Source: Azonexus sp. (GTDB taxonomy: Bacteria > Pseudomonadota > Gammaproteobacteria > Burkholderiales > Rhodocyclaceae). Taken from it: DNA of 64,000 nt. The first letter of the stretch is position 1. Every line of letters begins with the position of its first letter. A model generated the notes under the pieces. The model was not told the origin of the DNA, ran no database searches, and saw nothing but the letters and a program-made list of their open reading frames with translations. Position numbers and translations under genes: made by a program. Shown piece after piece: positions 1-14,458 of the stretch. The stretch lies in assembly GCF_031260295.1 (NCBI RefSeq), contig NZ_JAIRKE010000052.1. One strand, given 5' to 3'.

Positions 1-1521
1 CGCTTCGACATCATCCTGTCCGATTTTGTCCTCGACGATGGCCGCGACGGCCAGCAATTGCTTGAAGAATTGCGCCATGCCCGCCTGATTCCGCTGTCGA
101 CGGTGTACATGATCATCACCAGCGAGCGCGGCTACACCAATGTCGTGGCCCTGGCCGAACTGGTGCCCGACGATTATCTGATCAAGCCGTTCACCGCCGA
201 CCAGTTGCAGGCCCGGCTGATCAAGGCCATCTACCGCAAGCACGTGCTGCAAAAATGCTACGAGCAGATCGAGCGTGGCGCTCGGCAGGAGGCTATCGCC
301 GCCTGCGATCGGGTGATCCAGCAGCAGCCCCAATACATGTACGACGGGCTGCGCATCAAAGGCGAATTGCTGCAAAGCCTGGGGCGCACCGATGAAGCCG
401 AAGCGGTATACCGCCGGGTGCTGGAAGATCGACCCGCACCCTGGGCCAGGATGGGCCTGGCGACCGCCCTGCGCGACCGCGGCGCGCTCGACGAAGCCGG
501 GCAACTGGCTGGGCAGGTACTGCAAGAGGCGCCGAATTTCCTGTCGGCCTACGATTTCCTGGCTACGGTGTACGAAGCCAGGGGCGACCTGGCGGCCGCC
601 CAGCAGGCGCTGCAGCAGGGGGCCGATGCTTCGCCGCACAATACCGTGCGCCAGCGCTTGGTCGGCGACGTCGCCGCCCGCAACAACGACCTGCTGGTGG
701 CGGAAAAAGCCTACGGCAAGGCGTTGGCGCGCAGCAAAGGCTCCAGCCTGTGCGGTATCGATGATTTCGCCAACCTGTCGCGGGTCTTGGTCGAACGCGG
801 CAATGTCGCCGCCTCGCGCAAGCTGATTGCCGACATGAAGCGTGAATGGCGGGGTGACAAACAGGCCGACCTGGCGGCGCTGGTCGCCGAATCGCTGTGC
901 CTGGCCCAGGAGGGCTCGCCGGATAAAGCCAAGGCGCTGGTCGGGCAGGCCCTCGAATTGCAACAGCAAATCGAGAGCGAGGCCGATCCCTGGCGCCGGC
1001 CGCCGTCGCAGCGGCTGGCCATCGATCTGGCCCACGCCTGCTATACCACCGGCGAGGCGGCGGCGGCGCAGAAAATCATGCGCCAGGTGGCTGCGGAGAA
1101 TAACGAGGACCCGCAGCTGATCGCCCACATCACCCAGGTATTCGCCAAGACCGGCCAGTCCGACGCCGGCCAGGCCATGCTCGATCAGGTTGGACGCGAG
1201 ATTGTCGAACTCAACAACCGGGGCGTGCTGGCCGCCCGCGCCGGCGATTTTGCCGGTTCCGTGCAATTGCTGATCCAGGCCGCCGAACAGGTGCCCAACC
1301 TGCAATTCCTGGTCAACGCCGCCAAGGCCATCTACACGTTGATGGAACGTGACGGCTGGGATCCGGAACTGGCGGCGCGTGCCTACGACTACCTGATGCG
1401 CGCCGGGCAGAAGGACCGCAAGAGCCCGAAAGTTGCTTCGGCGCGCGAACTCTACGGCGTGGTGGCGAAAAAGTACGGCATGGCCATCGACAACCTGGAT
1501 TCTGGACCGGCAACATCCTGA
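1..1521 (+). CDS. Response regulator with receiver domain and TPR repeats (5' partial; gene begins upstream of the window)
   Basis: The frame is open from nt 1 and reads RFDIILSDFVLDDGRDGQQLLEEL...LIKPF, a CheY-like receiver with the acidic pocket and a conserved K. It is followed by multiple TPR-like helical repeats (AEAVYRRVLEDRP..., LATALRDRGALDEA...). The 'M' at nt 58 in the ORF track is a TTG internal to the receiver. Confidence 0.75.
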   Translation, partial: RFDIILSDFVLDDGRDGQQLLEELRHARLIPLSTVYMIITSERGYTNVVALAELVPDDYLIKPFTADQLQARLIKAIYRKHVLQKCYEQIERGARQEAIAACDRVIQQQPQYMYDGLRIKGELLQSLGRTDEAEAVYRRVLEDRPAPWARMGLATALRDRGALDEAGQLAGQVLQEAPNFLSAYDFLATVYEARGDLAAAQQALQQGADASPHNTVRQRLVGDVAARNNDLLVAEKAYGKALARSKGSSLCGIDDFANLSRVLVERGNVAASRKLIADMKREWRGDKQADLAALVAESLCLAQEGSPDKAKALVGQALELQQQIESEADPWRRPPSQRLAIDLAHACYTTGEAAAAQKIMRQVAAENNEDPQLIAHITQVFAKTGQSDAGQAMLDQVGREIVELNNRGVLAARAGDFAGSVQLLIQAAEQVPNLQFLVNAAKAIYTLMERDGWDPELAARAYDYLMRAGQKDRKSPKVASARELYGVVAKKYGMAIDNLDSGPATS

Positions 1522-1629
1522 AACGACTTGCCACGTACTGCCGCTGGTTCGCTGGCTGGATTGGTGCGTTAATGGACGGTACGGATCGCGGCTTGAGCGG
1601 CGGCCGGCATTCCTCTAGGGAGTCGAAAA

Positions 1630-3369
1630 ATGACCAACCTGTATCGCCTGATCGGCAGCCTGCTGCTGGCCCAGGTTCTGTCCCTATCCCTGCCGCTGGC
1701 GGCGCAGACCGAGCCGGCGGCCGACCCGCCCGGTCGCGTCGGCCGTCTCGGTCATATCGAGGGCGAGGTCACGTTCCGTCCGCAGCCCGATGAGGCTCCC
1801 GACCCGGCCACCCGCAACTGGCCGCTGAGCAGCGGGGCGGTGCTGGAAACCGGAGCGGACGGCCGGGCCGAAGCCTGGATCGACTCGACCGCCGTGCGCC
1901 TGGACGAAGACAGTCAGCTCGAATTTGCCGCCATTGGCGACCACCAGGTGTTGCTCGACCTGAATGCCGGCCGCCTCGGCCTCAGCATCATGGATGCCGA
2001 GCAGGCCACCGACCTGCGGCTGCGTCTGCCCGAGGGCCAAATCCTTTTCGACGCGGCGGGACGCTACCGCTTCGACGTCCTGGCCGATCGCAGCGAACTG
2101 ACCGTTTTCGCCGGCCACATCCGCATCGAGCACGACGGCGGCAGCAGCCAACTGGCCGCCGGTAAGCGCGCCACGCTGTTCGCCGATGGCAGCCTGCGCG
2201 TCGATACGGCCGGACAGCCCGATGCCTTCGACCATTGGGTCGCCGAGCGCGAAAACGCCAGCGTTGCCAACACTGCCCGCCAGCACGTTTCGCCCTACAT
2301 GACCGGCTACCAAGATCTCGATGCCCACGGCGACTGGAGCAGCCATGCAGATTACGGCGCGATCTGGATGCCGCGCGCCGTTGCCAGCGACTGGGCACCC
2401 TACCGTTTCGGCCGCTGGGCCTGGATTTCACCCTGGGGCTGGACTTGGATCGATGCCGCGCCGTGGGGCTTCGCGCCCTTCCATTACGGCCGCTGGGTGA
2501 TGCTCGGCGGCCGCTGGGCCTGGGCGCCGGGAAAGCGCACCGTCCGGCCGGTGTATGCCCCGGCGCTGGTGGGCTGGCTCGGCAATCCCGGCTGGAGCGT
2601 CAGTTTTGGCTTCGGTACAGCGCCAGCCGTCGGCTGGTTCCCGCTGGCGCCGCGTGAAGTCTTCGTGCCGCGCTACCGTTACAGCCCGGTCTACATATGG
2701 CGCATCAATATCATCCATGTTCGTGATGTCAAGGTCATCGAGCACGCTGCCCGTGGTGGGCCGCCGCGCTTCGCCTACCGCGACAACCCGCGGGCGGCGA
2801 CCGTGGTGCCGGCGCGGCAACTGCGCGAAGGGCGGCCGATCGGCGGCCGCGATTTCCAGCCCGTCGAGCGTCGCGACCTGGAAGGGGCGCCGGCGAGCGC
2901 TGGCCGCGACTGGCTGGCGCCTACCGCCGGAGCTCGCCAACCGTGGCCCGGCAGCCGGCAGGCATGGCCGGCGCCGCAGCGCGAGGCGCGCGACATGCCG
3001 CGCCCCGATGTCGCGCCAGTTTTCCGTCGACCGGCAGCGGTGCCCACGCAACCGCAACGCCCGATGCAGCGGCCGCGCGAGGAGCAAATCCTTCGTCCGG
3101 CAGCGCCGTCGTCCAATCCGTTCGGGGCATCGGCGCCGAATGTCCGGCGCGGCGACGTTTTTTCGCGGCCGGCAACCGGGATGCCGAATGCGACGCCATC
3201 GCGCGCCCTGCCGACGCCGGAAATACGCCGCGAGTCGCGGGAAATCATGCGCCCGGCGCCGCGTCTGAGCGAAGGCCAGAACTTTCGCCGGGCCGAACCG
3301 GCAGCGCCGCGACCGTCCCGCGGGCCGGGAGCCGGCGGGGACGGGCCGCGCAGTGCTCGCGGGCGCTGA
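1630..3369 (+). CDS. Secreted protein with a FecR-like N-terminal region, a Trp/Gly-rich repeat core (W..GW.W / PWGF.PFHYGRW) and a Pro/Arg-rich C-terminal tail
   Basis: N-terminal signal peptide MTNLYRLIGSLLLAQVLSLSLPLAAQ. Repeated aromatic motifs WAPYRFGRWAWISPWGWTWIDAAPWGFAPFHYGRWV. Low-complexity proline-rich C-terminus. The family is not firmly identified. Confidence 0.55.
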   Translation: MTNLYRLIGSLLLAQVLSLSLPLAAQTEPAADPPGRVGRLGHIEGEVTFRPQPDEAPDPATRNWPLSSGAVLETGADGRAEAWIDSTAVRLDEDSQLEFAAIGDHQVLLDLNAGRLGLSIMDAEQATDLRLRLPEGQILFDAAGRYRFDVLADRSELTVFAGHIRIEHDGGSSQLAAGKRATLFADGSLRVDTAGQPDAFDHWVAERENASVANTARQHVSPYMTGYQDLDAHGDWSSHADYGAIWMPRAVASDWAPYRFGRWAWISPWGWTWIDAAPWGFAPFHYGRWVMLGGRWAWAPGKRTVRPVYAPALVGWLGNPGWSVSFGFGTAPAVGWFPLAPREVFVPRYRYSPVYIWRINIIHVRDVKVIEHAARGGPPRFAYRDNPRAATVVPARQLREGRPIGGRDFQPVERRDLEGAPASAGRDWLAPTAGARQPWPGSRQAWPAPQREARDMPRPDVAPVFRRPAAVPTQPQRPMQRPREEQILRPAAPSSNPFGASAPNVRRGDVFSRPATGMPNATPSRALPTPEIRRESREIMRPAPRLSEGQNFRRAEPAAPRPSRGPGAGGDGPRSARGR

Positions 3370-3424
3370 AGTCGGCGGGCGGTCGCCCCGCCCGGCCGCC
3401 CAATGCCGGTGACCGAGCCCAGTA

Positions 3425-7822
<4,398 letters not shown>

Positions 7823-7900
7823 TCCACGTTGTTTTTTCTATGGACAGCGATTTCTCCGGCAGCGAGCTGGCCGGGTTTTTCGGGGGACGGCACGATGGAA

Positions 7901-9064
7901 TTACGCGTTATGAGCGATAGCCCGTTCCAGGTAATCCGCCTTTTTCTGGATGTCGCGATCCGAATCCACGTAGCGTTGGGAAATTGCCTGGAAATCGTCC
8001 TGAGTTGCTGAAAAGGCGTCGACGATGTCCGGGTCGAAGTGGGAGCCCTTGCCTTCAAGGATAATGGCGATCGCCTGGTCATGCGGCATGGGTTTCTTGT
8101 AAACGCGCCTGCTGATCAATGCGTCGTATACGTCGGCCACCGCCATCAGGCGCGCTGAAATGGGAATGTCATCGGCCCCGAGGCCTTGCGGGTAGCCTGA
8201 GCCGTCCCATTTTTCCTGGTGGGAATAGGCGATTTCCTTGGCCGTTGCCAGAAAATCGACCGTCGTGCCCAGCGCCTGCTCGGCGTGTTCGATGGCGTCG
8301 CGCCCGAGCGTGGTATGGGTTTTCATGACTTCGAATTCATCAGGTTCGAGGCGTCCCGGCTTCAACAGAATGTGATCGGGAATGCCTACCTTGCCGATGT
8401 CGTGTAAGGGGGCGGACTTGAATAGCAGGTCGATATTGCGCTCGGTCAGGTAGCGTGAAAAGCGAGGGTGTCTCTGAAGTTCCTTGGCCAGGGCCTTGAC
8501 GTAGAACTGGGTGCGACGGATATGGTTGCCGGTTTCCGAATCCCGCGTTTCCGCCATCGAGGCCATGGCCAGTACGGTCACATCCTGAATGGCCATCACC
8601 TCGCGGGTCCGTTTGACGACTTCCTGTTCGAGAAAGGCATTTTGATTGCGCAGGAAATCGGCGGCGGCCTTCAGGTTCAATTGGGTCTGCACCCGGGCCA
8701 GGAGGATGGGAGGATTGATCGGTTTGGTGATGTAATCGGCGGCGCCCATCTCCAGCCCCTTCCTTTCATCCTCCACCGCCGTCATGGCCGTCAGGAAGAT
8801 GATGGGAATGTGGCTGGTCGCCGGATCGGCCTTCAATTCCCGGCAAACGTCGTAGCCGGAAAGCCCCGGCATCATGATGTCGAGCAGGATGAGGTCGGGG
8901 GGGCTGCCGTTGCGGACGATCTTGAGCGCCTTGTCGCCGTTATGAGCGACCTTGACCTTGTAACAGTCCTTGAGCAGGGCGGACATGAGGGACAGATTGT
9001 CCGGCGTATCGTCCACCACCAGAACGGTCTGCCTTTCGGTGAAATCGAGTACATCCGTTGCCAT
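7901..9064 (-). CDS. Two-component response regulator with receiver plus HD-GYP phosphodiesterase domain (RpfG-like)
   Basis: Receiver N-terminus VLVVDDTPDNLSL...LILLDIMMPGLSGYD. HD motif HDIGKVGIPDHILLKPG and GYP motif WDGSGYPQGL. It lies 79 bp upstream of, and on the same strand as, the hybrid kinase. Confidence 0.9.
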   Translation of the reverse strand: MATDVLDFTERQTVLVVDDTPDNLSLMSALLKDCYKVKVAHNGDKALKIVRNGSPPDLILLDIMMPGLSGYDVCRELKADPATSHIPIIFLTAMTAVEDERKGLEMGAADYITKPINPPILLARVQTQLNLKAAADFLRNQNAFLEQEVVKRTREVMAIQDVTVLAMASMAETRDSETGNHIRRTQFYVKALAKELQRHPRFSRYLTERNIDLLFKSAPLHDIGKVGIPDHILLKPGRLEPDEFEVMKTHTTLGRDAIEHAEQALGTTVDFLATAKEIAYSHQEKWDGSGYPQGLGADDIPISARLMAVADVYDALISRRVYKKPMPHDQAIAIILEGKGSHFDPDIVDAFSATQDDFQAISQRYVDSDRDIQKKADYLERAIAHNA

Positions 9065-9477
9065 TTACCATCTCCCGTTCAAATATGTTTGGTGATTGAT
9101 TAGTCAGGCCAGCCCCCAGATTCGGCCGTTGCGTGCGGCCTTGGCTGTGACGTATTGGATAGAGATTGTTTCAGCGTATTTGTACTTTGTGATATTCCAA
9201 GCGCGATATTCTATAGTACTTATTTTTTTGGAATTTCCAAGGGCAACAACCCTCACAGGTTGACTTTTTGGTTGCCCACTTTTCGGCGGTGACGGTGATG
9301 TTAAGCGTAACGCGCAGCAACCCCACAGGTTGACTTTAGTTGCCTGCTCCAGGCTTGGCGATCTCTCGCCCAGCCAGCCGATTACCTGTAAACCGGTACC
9401 TCCCGGCTGCGTGCTGGAGCCGGCGGTGTGGAGCTTGTACGATTTCGTCTCTTTTTTTTCGTTGGCTGAACGGAATC
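9065..9477. promoter_or_regulatory. AT-rich divergent promoter region between the HD-GYP regulator gene and the LysE-family exporter gene, carrying repeated dyad motifs
   Basis: A 410-bp AT-rich non-coding stretch in a 65% GC genome. Two copies of GCAAC-N-CACAGGTTGACTTT-N-GTTGCC sit at ~9242-9276 and ~9317-9344. The palindrome TTGGAATTTCCAA is at ~9228-9240. GATATTC is directly repeated at ~9191-9212. Confidence 0.4.
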
Positions 9478-10128
9478 ATGTTTTATGGCGTCACCGACCT
9501 GGCGACTTTCATGCTGGGCACCCTCTTCATCGTGCTGTTACCCGGGCCGAATTCGCTCTACGTGATGACGGTCGCCTCGCGCTTCGGCATCGCGGCCGGC
9601 TACCGGGGGGCGGCGGGTATTTTCGTCGGCGACCTGATCCTGATGATTCTCGCCGCTACCGGCGTGGCCTCGCTGTTCCAAGCCAATCCGGCGCTATTCG
9701 TGGCGCTCCGGTACGCCGGGGCGGTCTATCTGGCGTATCTCGGCATCGGGCTGGCGCACACCGCCTTCCTCCGCTGGCGCGGCACTACGGCGGCGGACGA
9801 TGAGCAACTGCCCGATATCAGTACGCCGCGGCCGTTTCGCGTGGCATTGGCGATCAGCCTGATGAACCCGAAGGCGATCCTGTTCTATGTCTCTTTCTTC
9901 ATCCAGTTCGTCGATCCGGCCTACGCGCATCCGGCGCTGTCCTTCCTGATTCTCGGGGCCATCGTCGAGTTCTTCAGCATGCTCTATTTGTCGGTACTGA
10001 TTCTCGGCGGCACGTTTCTGGCCGAGAGCTTGCGCCGTCGGCACCGGCTGACGGCGGCTGCAACCGGCGGGGTAGGTGGGCTGTTCATCGGCTTCGGGGC
10101 CAAGCTGGCCGGCGGTGGCCTGGGCTGA
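9478..10128 (+). CDS. LysE/RhtB-family amino-acid exporter (LeuE/YeaS-like)
   Basis: MFYGVTDLATFMLGTLFIVLLPGPNSLYVMT matches the LysE-family N-terminus. About 216 aa with six TM segments. The ATG at 9478 is in frame with ORF 9340..10128; the upstream part of that ORF lies in the AT-rich leader. Confidence 0.8.
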   Translation: MFYGVTDLATFMLGTLFIVLLPGPNSLYVMTVASRFGIAAGYRGAAGIFVGDLILMILAATGVASLFQANPALFVALRYAGAVYLAYLGIGLAHTAFLRWRGTTAADDEQLPDISTPRPFRVALAISLMNPKAILFYVSFFIQFVDPAYAHPALSFLILGAIVEFFSMLYLSVLILGGTFLAESLRRRHRLTAAATGGVGGLFIGFGAKLAGGGLG

Positions 10129-10164
10129 ACCTCAGGTCCGGCAGCCACGCCAGGCCGATGGCCG

Positions 10165-11289
10165 TCAGTCCCAAGCCAGCGCGCCGCCGGTCTGGTACTC
10201 GGTGACCCGCGTCTCGAAGAAGTTCTTCTCCTTACGCAGGTTGGCCTGTTCGTCGAGCCAGGGCAGCACGTTTTCGGCGCCGGGGAAGGGTTCCTCGATG
10301 CCGACTTGGCGGGCGCGGCGGTTGGCGATAAAGCGGAACTGCTGCACATGCAGTTCGGCGTTGTAGCCGAGGATCGGCTCGCGCAGAATGTAGCCGGCGT
10401 AGGCATTTTCGGCAGCCTCGGCCTCGTCCCACAGTTGGCGTAGCGCCTGCGGATCGAGCGCTAGTCCCTCTTCCTTCAACAGTTCGCGGACGACGCGGAT
10501 GCCGAAGGCGCAGTGCAGCACCTCGTCGCGCATGATGTATTGCAACTGCTCGGCGGAACCCTTCATCAGGCCGCGCCGCTGCAGGGCGAATACCGGCGTG
10601 AAGCCGTTGTAGAACCAGCAGCCCTCGAAAATCACCGCGAAGAAGAAGTAGGACAGCGCGAATTCGTGCAGATTGGCGCGGTCGGTCAGGTCGAAGTCGG
10701 AGCGCAGCACCTTTTCCAGCCGGCGGTTGGCCAGCGCGATCTTGCCGTGGATTTCGGGCACGACGCGGTAGCGGTTGTAGATTTCCTGCTGGTCGAGGCC
10801 GAGGCTCTCGATGCAGTGCTGGTAGGTCCAGGTGTGCAGCGCTTCCTCGTAGACCTGGCGAGCCTGGTAGATCTGTAGTTCCGGTGCGCTCATCTTCTCC
10901 ATCACCGCCAGGCCGATGTTGCGCATGGCCAGGATGTCGGAGGTCGTCAGGTAGGCCAGCACGTTCTCGAAAACGTGGCGCTCGGCCGCCGTCAGCTTGT
11001 GGTGGTAGTCGTGCACGTCCTGCGCCATCGAGATTTCCAGCGGCGTCCAGTGGTTGCGGTTGGCCTTGAGGAAAAATTCCCAGGCCCACGGGTACTTGAA
11101 CGGCGCTAGCTGGTTGATGTCGGCCTGGCCGTTGACGATGCGCTTGTCGGCGGCGTTGATCGGGGCCAGCGCCGGTGCGCCGATGCCGAGCGCGGTTTGC
11201 GCCGCTGCGCTAGTGGCGATCACTGGCGTTGGCGACGGGCTGTCCCAGTCGGCGAAGTGGTGGGCGGCGTTCATTGGCAAGCCTCGCAT
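10165..11289 (-). CDS. nrdB: Ribonucleotide-diphosphate reductase beta subunit (class Ia R2)
   Basis: Ferritin-like diiron protein with EALHTWTYQHC and FEGCWFYNGF. It lies immediately downstream of nrdA (the 19-nt overlap applies to the over-extended ORF start 11289; the plausible start MNAAHH is at 11274). Confidence 0.9.
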   Translation of the reverse strand: MRGLPMNAAHHFADWDSPSPTPVIATSAAAQTALGIGAPALAPINAADKRIVNGQADINQLAPFKYPWAWEFFLKANRNHWTPLEISMAQDVHDYHHKLTAAERHVFENVLAYLTTSDILAMRNIGLAVMEKMSAPELQIYQARQVYEEALHTWTYQHCIESLGLDQQEIYNRYRVVPEIHGKIALANRRLEKVLRSDFDLTDRANLHEFALSYFFFAVIFEGCWFYNGFTPVFALQRRGLMKGSAEQLQYIMRDEVLHCAFGIRVVRELLKEEGLALDPQALRQLWDEAEAAENAYAGYILREPILGYNAELHVQQFRFIANRRARQVGIEEPFPGAENVLPWLDEQANLRKEKNFFETRVTEYQTGGALAWD

Positions 11290-14021
11290 TCCGGATCGTC
11301 GATCGAGCAGAACTTCGGGGTTTCCTCCGCCAACGCCTCATCGCGGCCGCCAGCCTTTTCGGCCTGGCTGGCGCCTAGCGTGCGCAGGTAGTAAGTGGTC
11401 TTGAGGCCGCGCAGCCAGGCCAGCTTGTAAAGCTCGTCGAGCTTCTTGCCCGAGGGCCGCGCCATATAGAGATTCAGCGACTGGGCCTGGTCGATCCATT
11501 TCTGGCGTCGGGCGGCGGCCTCGATCAACCACCTCGGGTCGATCTCGAAAGCGGTGGCGTAGCGTGCCTTCAGTTCGTCCGGGATGCGGTCGATGCGGGC
11601 CAGCGAGCCGTCGAAATACTTGAGGTCGGCAACCATGACTTCATCCCACAGGTTGAGCGCCTTGAGGTCGCGCACCAAGGCCTCGTTGACGACGGTGAAC
11701 TCACCGGAGAGGTTGGATTTGACATAGATGTTCTGGTAGGCCGGCTCGATGCTGGCCGAGACGCCGACGATGTTGGAGATGGTGGCGGTGGGGGCGATGG
11801 CGACGCAGTTGGAGTTGCGCATGCCGTGCTGGGCGATGCGTGCTTTCAGCGCCGGCCAGTCGAGGTGGGTTTGGCGGTCGGTTTCGAGTTGGCCGCCGCG
11901 CGCTGTGGCCAGCAGGTCGAGCGATTCGTGCGGCAGGATGCCACGGTCCCACAGGCTGCCGGCGAAACTGGAATAGCGGCCACGCTCCTCGGCCAGTTCG
12001 GTCGAGGCCCAATAGGCGTGGTAGCAGACCGCCTCCATGCTGCGGTCGGCGAATTCGACCGTTTCCTCTGAGGCATAAGGCAGGCCCAGGGCGTGGAGGC
12101 AGTCGGCGAAGCCCATGATGCCGAGGCCGACCGGCCGGTGGCGCAGGTTGGCGTTGCGTGCCTTGGGCGTGGCGTAGAAATTGATGTCGACTACGTTGTC
12201 GAGCATGCGCAGGGCGGTGCTCACGGTGCGCGCCAGCTTGGCTGGGTCGAGTTTGCCGTCGCGCAGGTGGGCGACCAGGTTGATCGAGCCCAGGTTGCAT
12301 ACCGCTGTTTCCGCATCCGAGGTGTTCAGCGTGATCTCGGTGCACAGGTTGGAGCTGTGCACGACGCCGGTATGCTGTTGCGGTGAGCGCAGGTTGCAGG
12401 CGTCCTTGAAAGTGATCCAGGGATGTCCGGTCTCGAACAGCATGGTCAGCATCCGCCGCCACAGCTGCACGGCGGAAACCTTCTTGTGCAGGCGGATCTC
12501 GCCGGCGGCGGCGCGGGCTTCGTAAGCGCGATAGGCGGCGGCGAACTCGGTGCCGTACTTCTCGTGCAGGTCCGGCACGTCGACCGGGGAGAACAGCGTC
12601 CACTCGCCGTTTTCATGCACCCGTTGCATGAACAGGTCGGGAATCCAATGGGCGGTGTTCATGTCGTGCGTGCGCCGGCGCTCGTCGCCGGTGTTTTTAC
12701 GCAGGTCGAGGAACTCCTCGATGTCCAGATGCCAGGTTTCGAGATAGGCGCAGACCGCGCCCTTGCGCTTGCCGCCCTGGTTGACCGCCAGCGCCGTGTC
12801 GTTGACTACCTTGAGGAAGGGAATCACGCCCTGGCTTTGGCCGTTGGTGCCCTTGATGCGGCTACCGAGAGCACGCACTGGCGTCCAGTCGTTGCCCAGC
12901 CCGCCGGCGTACTTTTGCAGCAGGGCATTTTCCTTGATGCTCTGGTAAATGCCTTCGAGATCGTCGGAGACAGTGGTCAGGTAACACGACGACAGTTGCG
13001 AATGCCGCGTGCCGCTGTTGAACAGCGTTGGCGTCGAACACATGAAGTCGAAGCTGGAAATCAGGTCGTAGAACTCGATGGCACGCGCCTCGCGGTCGAT
13101 TTCGTTGAGCGCCAGACCCATCGCTACGCGCATGAAGAAAATCTGTGGCAATTCGAGGCAGCGTCCCTCGCTGTGCAGGAAATAGCGGTCGTACAGGGTT
13201 TGCAGGCCGAGATAGCCGAACAACTGGTCGCGCTCCGGCTTGAGGGCGGCGGCCAGTCGCCCGAGGTCGAACTCGGCCAGCCGGGGATCGAGCAGTTCGG
13301 CGGCGATGCCGTGCGCCACGAAACGCGGCAGGTAGTCGGCGTAGGCCGCGGCGGCCGGCGCCTCGCCCAGCACTTCCTCGGCCAGTCCGGCCAGCAGCAG
13401 GCGGGCAGTAGCGAAGTTGTAACCCGGCTCGCGTTCGATCAGGGTGCGGGCGGAAAGGACCAGGGCCTGCTGCACTTCGGCCAGGGACACGCCGTCGTAG
13501 AGATTCTTCAGGGCTTGGTCGAGGATCAGGCGCGGCGAAACGGCGCCGTCGAGTCCGGCGCAAGCCGCTTCGCAACGGCGCAGCAGGGCGGCGATGTCGA
13601 GCGGGCGGCGTTCGCCGCCGACCGTCAGGTGCAGGGGCGATGCCTGCACCTCGTCCAGCGCCGCCCGTTCGGCCGCCCGGCGTTCGCGGTAGAGCACGTA
13701 GGCGCGGGCCACGTCATGCTCGCCGGAGCGCATCAATGCCAGTTCGACATGATCCTGGATGTCTTCGATATGGACCGTGCCGCCGTCCGGTAGGCGCCGG
13801 GTCAGCGCGCGGACGACGTTGTCGGTCAGGTGCGCCACGACTTCGCGGATGCGGGCCGAGACGGCGCTCTGGCTGCCTTCGACGGCGAGGAAGGCCTTGG
13901 TCATCGCCAGCGAAATCTTCTCGGCTTTGAAGGCGACGACGGCGCCGTTGCGGCGGATGGCCTGCAGCGCGGCCAAGGCGGACTCGCTGCCGGCGGGGAG
14001 GACTAGGACGTTCGAGGACAC
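11271..14021 (-). CDS. nrdA: Ribonucleotide-diphosphate reductase alpha subunit (class Ia R1) with N-terminal ATP-cone
   Basis: ATP-cone IRRNGAVVAFKAEKISLAMTKAF followed by a large R1 body (NLCTEI, CNLGSINL...). I chose the GTG start at 14021, preceded by GGAGAA. The ORF-track extension to 14309 encodes an R/P/S-rich low-complexity stretch and is likely leader, not protein. Confidence 0.85.
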   Translation of the reverse strand: MSSNVLVLPAGSESALAALQAIRRNGAVVAFKAEKISLAMTKAFLAVEGSQSAVSARIREVVAHLTDNVVRALTRRLPDGGTVHIEDIQDHVELALMRSGEHDVARAYVLYRERRAAERAALDEVQASPLHLTVGGERRPLDIAALLRRCEAACAGLDGAVSPRLILDQALKNLYDGVSLAEVQQALVLSARTLIEREPGYNFATARLLLAGLAEEVLGEAPAAAAYADYLPRFVAHGIAAELLDPRLAEFDLGRLAAALKPERDQLFGYLGLQTLYDRYFLHSEGRCLELPQIFFMRVAMGLALNEIDREARAIEFYDLISSFDFMCSTPTLFNSGTRHSQLSSCYLTTVSDDLEGIYQSIKENALLQKYAGGLGNDWTPVRALGSRIKGTNGQSQGVIPFLKVVNDTALAVNQGGKRKGAVCAYLETWHLDIEEFLDLRKNTGDERRRTHDMNTAHWIPDLFMQRVHENGEWTLFSPVDVPDLHEKYGTEFAAAYRAYEARAAAGEIRLHKKVSAVQLWRRMLTMLFETGHPWITFKDACNLRSPQQHTGVVHSSNLCTEITLNTSDAETAVCNLGSINLVAHLRDGKLDPAKLARTVSTALRMLDNVVDINFYATPKARNANLRHRPVGLGIMGFADCLHALGLPYASEETVEFADRSMEAVCYHAYWASTELAEERGRYSSFAGSLWDRGILPHESLDLLATARGGQLETDRQTHLDWPALKARIAQHGMRNSNCVAIAPTATISNIVGVSASIEPAYQNIYVKSNLSGEFTVVNEALVRDLKALNLWDEVMVADLKYFDGSLARIDRIPDELKARYATAFEIDPRWLIEAAARRQKWIDQAQSLNLYMARPSGKKLDELYKLAWLRGLKTTYYLRTLGASQAEKAGGRDEALAEETPKFCSIDDPECEACQ

Positions 14022-14410
14022 GGCGATTCTCCGGATCGGGGGGCGGAGAACCGGAAGCGCCTGCCGGGTTGCGGACGCGCGCCGGCCCGGGGCGAACCCA
14101 CGACTGACCCGGCTGGACGAACGAAAGCGAACCGCAACATGCACAAACCTTTCGTCAGGGACACCCCGCCCCATCGTTGGTTGGAAGGACGTTGCGGCAG
14201 GTCTCCTGGCTCTCGGGTCATGGCGCTTCTCCCGCCTTCCCGGACACAAGCCAGTGGCAGAGGGTGGCGAAGCGCTCGCCGACGACAGTTGCGGGGGCAG
14301 CTCCGGCATTCAGGCAAACGCCTGGCACCGGATTCCCTTTTAATCCCGGGACGGGAACCATCAACGGGGCCGAGTCTAGCGGCAGGCCGGCGGCAGCGTC
14401 AAGCGCTGGG

Positions 14411-14458
14411 CTACTACCAGTAGTGGTTAATGGTGGTTTTGGCTACTAGATATTGATT
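14411..14458 (-). promoter_or_regulatory. Candidate NrdR-box pair and promoter region upstream of nrdA
   Basis: Palindrome ACTAC-N2-GTAGT at ~14413-14424 and an AT-rich CTACTAGATATTG element about 31 bp away. They lie in the dinB-nrdA intergenic leader, matching the usual tandem NrdR-box geometry. No exact consensus match was verified. Confidence 0.3.

Noticed and set aside
12423-13793. 456-aa plus-strand ORF antisense to nrdA, and many other 60-300-aa ORFs nested in or antisense to assigned genes throughout the window
   Set aside because: The high GC content suppresses stop codons in all frames. These ORFs have Arg/Gly/Pro-rich composition, no motifs, and overlap strongly supported genes.
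11271-14309. Full 1012-aa nrdA ORF starting at the ATG at 14309
   Set aside because: The first 96 codons are Arg/Pro/Ser/Ala-rich low-complexity sequence, typical of an off-frame GC-rich leader. The ATP-cone starts right after a GTG (14021) with a good SD. I trimmed the CDS to 11271..14021.
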